A stretch of DNA of 64,000 bases from a virus. Where the stretch lies: the IMG/VR virus record IMGVR_UViG_3300042542_003555, positions 96,984-160,983 of that record; one strand, given 5' to 3'. The notes under the pieces were generated by a model that did not search any database, was not told where the DNA came from, and saw nothing but the letters and a program-made list of their open reading frames with translations. Positions 63,553 through 64,000 of the stretch are shown piece by piece (the first letter of the stretch is position 1; each line of letters starts with the position of its first letter). Both the position numbers and the translations under genes were made by a program.

Positions 63553-63972
63553 TTAACCTCTCTCCGACCCATCTGACGGCTCTGAAGTCTTGAAAATCAT
63601 CACTCCACATTCAGTTAAGAACTTCAATCCATCGCTGGAACGATAATCTTTCTCATAGTATACTGTTTTGATACCAGCGGTAAATATCTGTTTGGCACAG
63701 TCAATACAAGGAGCATGAGTTAAAAACATAGTAGCATCTTTGCCAGATTCTGTGCTTTTGGCCAACTTTGCAATAGCATTGGCTTCCGCATGGATTACTT
63801 CTGGTTTTGTTTTTAGTCCACCATCTTCATTTGTATCTTCACAGATATTACTCCAACCAGATGGCATTCCATTATAACCAATAGAAACAATTCTATCTTC
63901 TTTAACTATAATAGCACCAACTTGTAAACGAACTGCTGATGATAATTCAGCAAATCGTTTTGCTACATCCAT
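63553..63972 (-). CDS. cd: dCMP deaminase (frame stays open to the window edge, so the start may be further upstream)
   Basis: VGAII, GYNG, HAEANAI, PCIDC. Confidence 0.9.
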   Translation of the reverse strand: MDVAKRFAELSSAVRLQVGAIIVKEDRIVSIGYNGMPSGWSNICEDTNEDGGLKTKPEVIHAEANAIAKLAKSTESGKDATMFLTHAPCIDCAKQIFTAGIKTVYYEKDYRSSDGLKFLTECGVMIFKTSEPSDGSERG

Positions 63973-64000
63973 GTATGCTCTAATATATTTAAAGAAGATA

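Overview
A 64-kb segment of a large T4-like (myovirus) phage genome, almost all on the minus strand. The host is probably a Gram-negative bacterium, based on sigma70 TTGACA-N17-TATACT promoters, spanins and LPS-type sugar genes. Layout: (1) 1-6.1 kb, early/host-takeover region of small ORFs, with nine minus-strand copies of an extended promoter; (2) 6.2-20 kb, small hypothetical genes, an HNH endonuclease, ADP-heptose/GalE genes, a vWA-peptidase, a DNA methylase and RNase H; (3) 20-27 kb, nrdB, nrdA, thyX and primase; (4) 27-38 kb, lysis cassette and late/virion proteins; (5) 38.5-48 kb, nucleotide-sugar and glycosyltransferase cluster; (6) 49-56 kb, helicase, UvsX and DNA polymerase; (7) 57.6-62.8 kb, 24 tRNA genes covering all 20 amino acids, interleaved with structured ncRNA cassettes and small ORFs. 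Main finding: the tRNA array is headed by what looks like a classical ribosome-coupled transcription attenuator. It has a promoter, a 31-codon leader peptide, and mutually exclusive antiterminator and terminator hairpins. The leader contains all 20 amino acids and 29 different sense codons, so it is a candidate sensor of the whole host tRNA pool that would switch on phage tRNAs when any host tRNA is depleted or cleaved. All annotation was done by eye; no searches were run.
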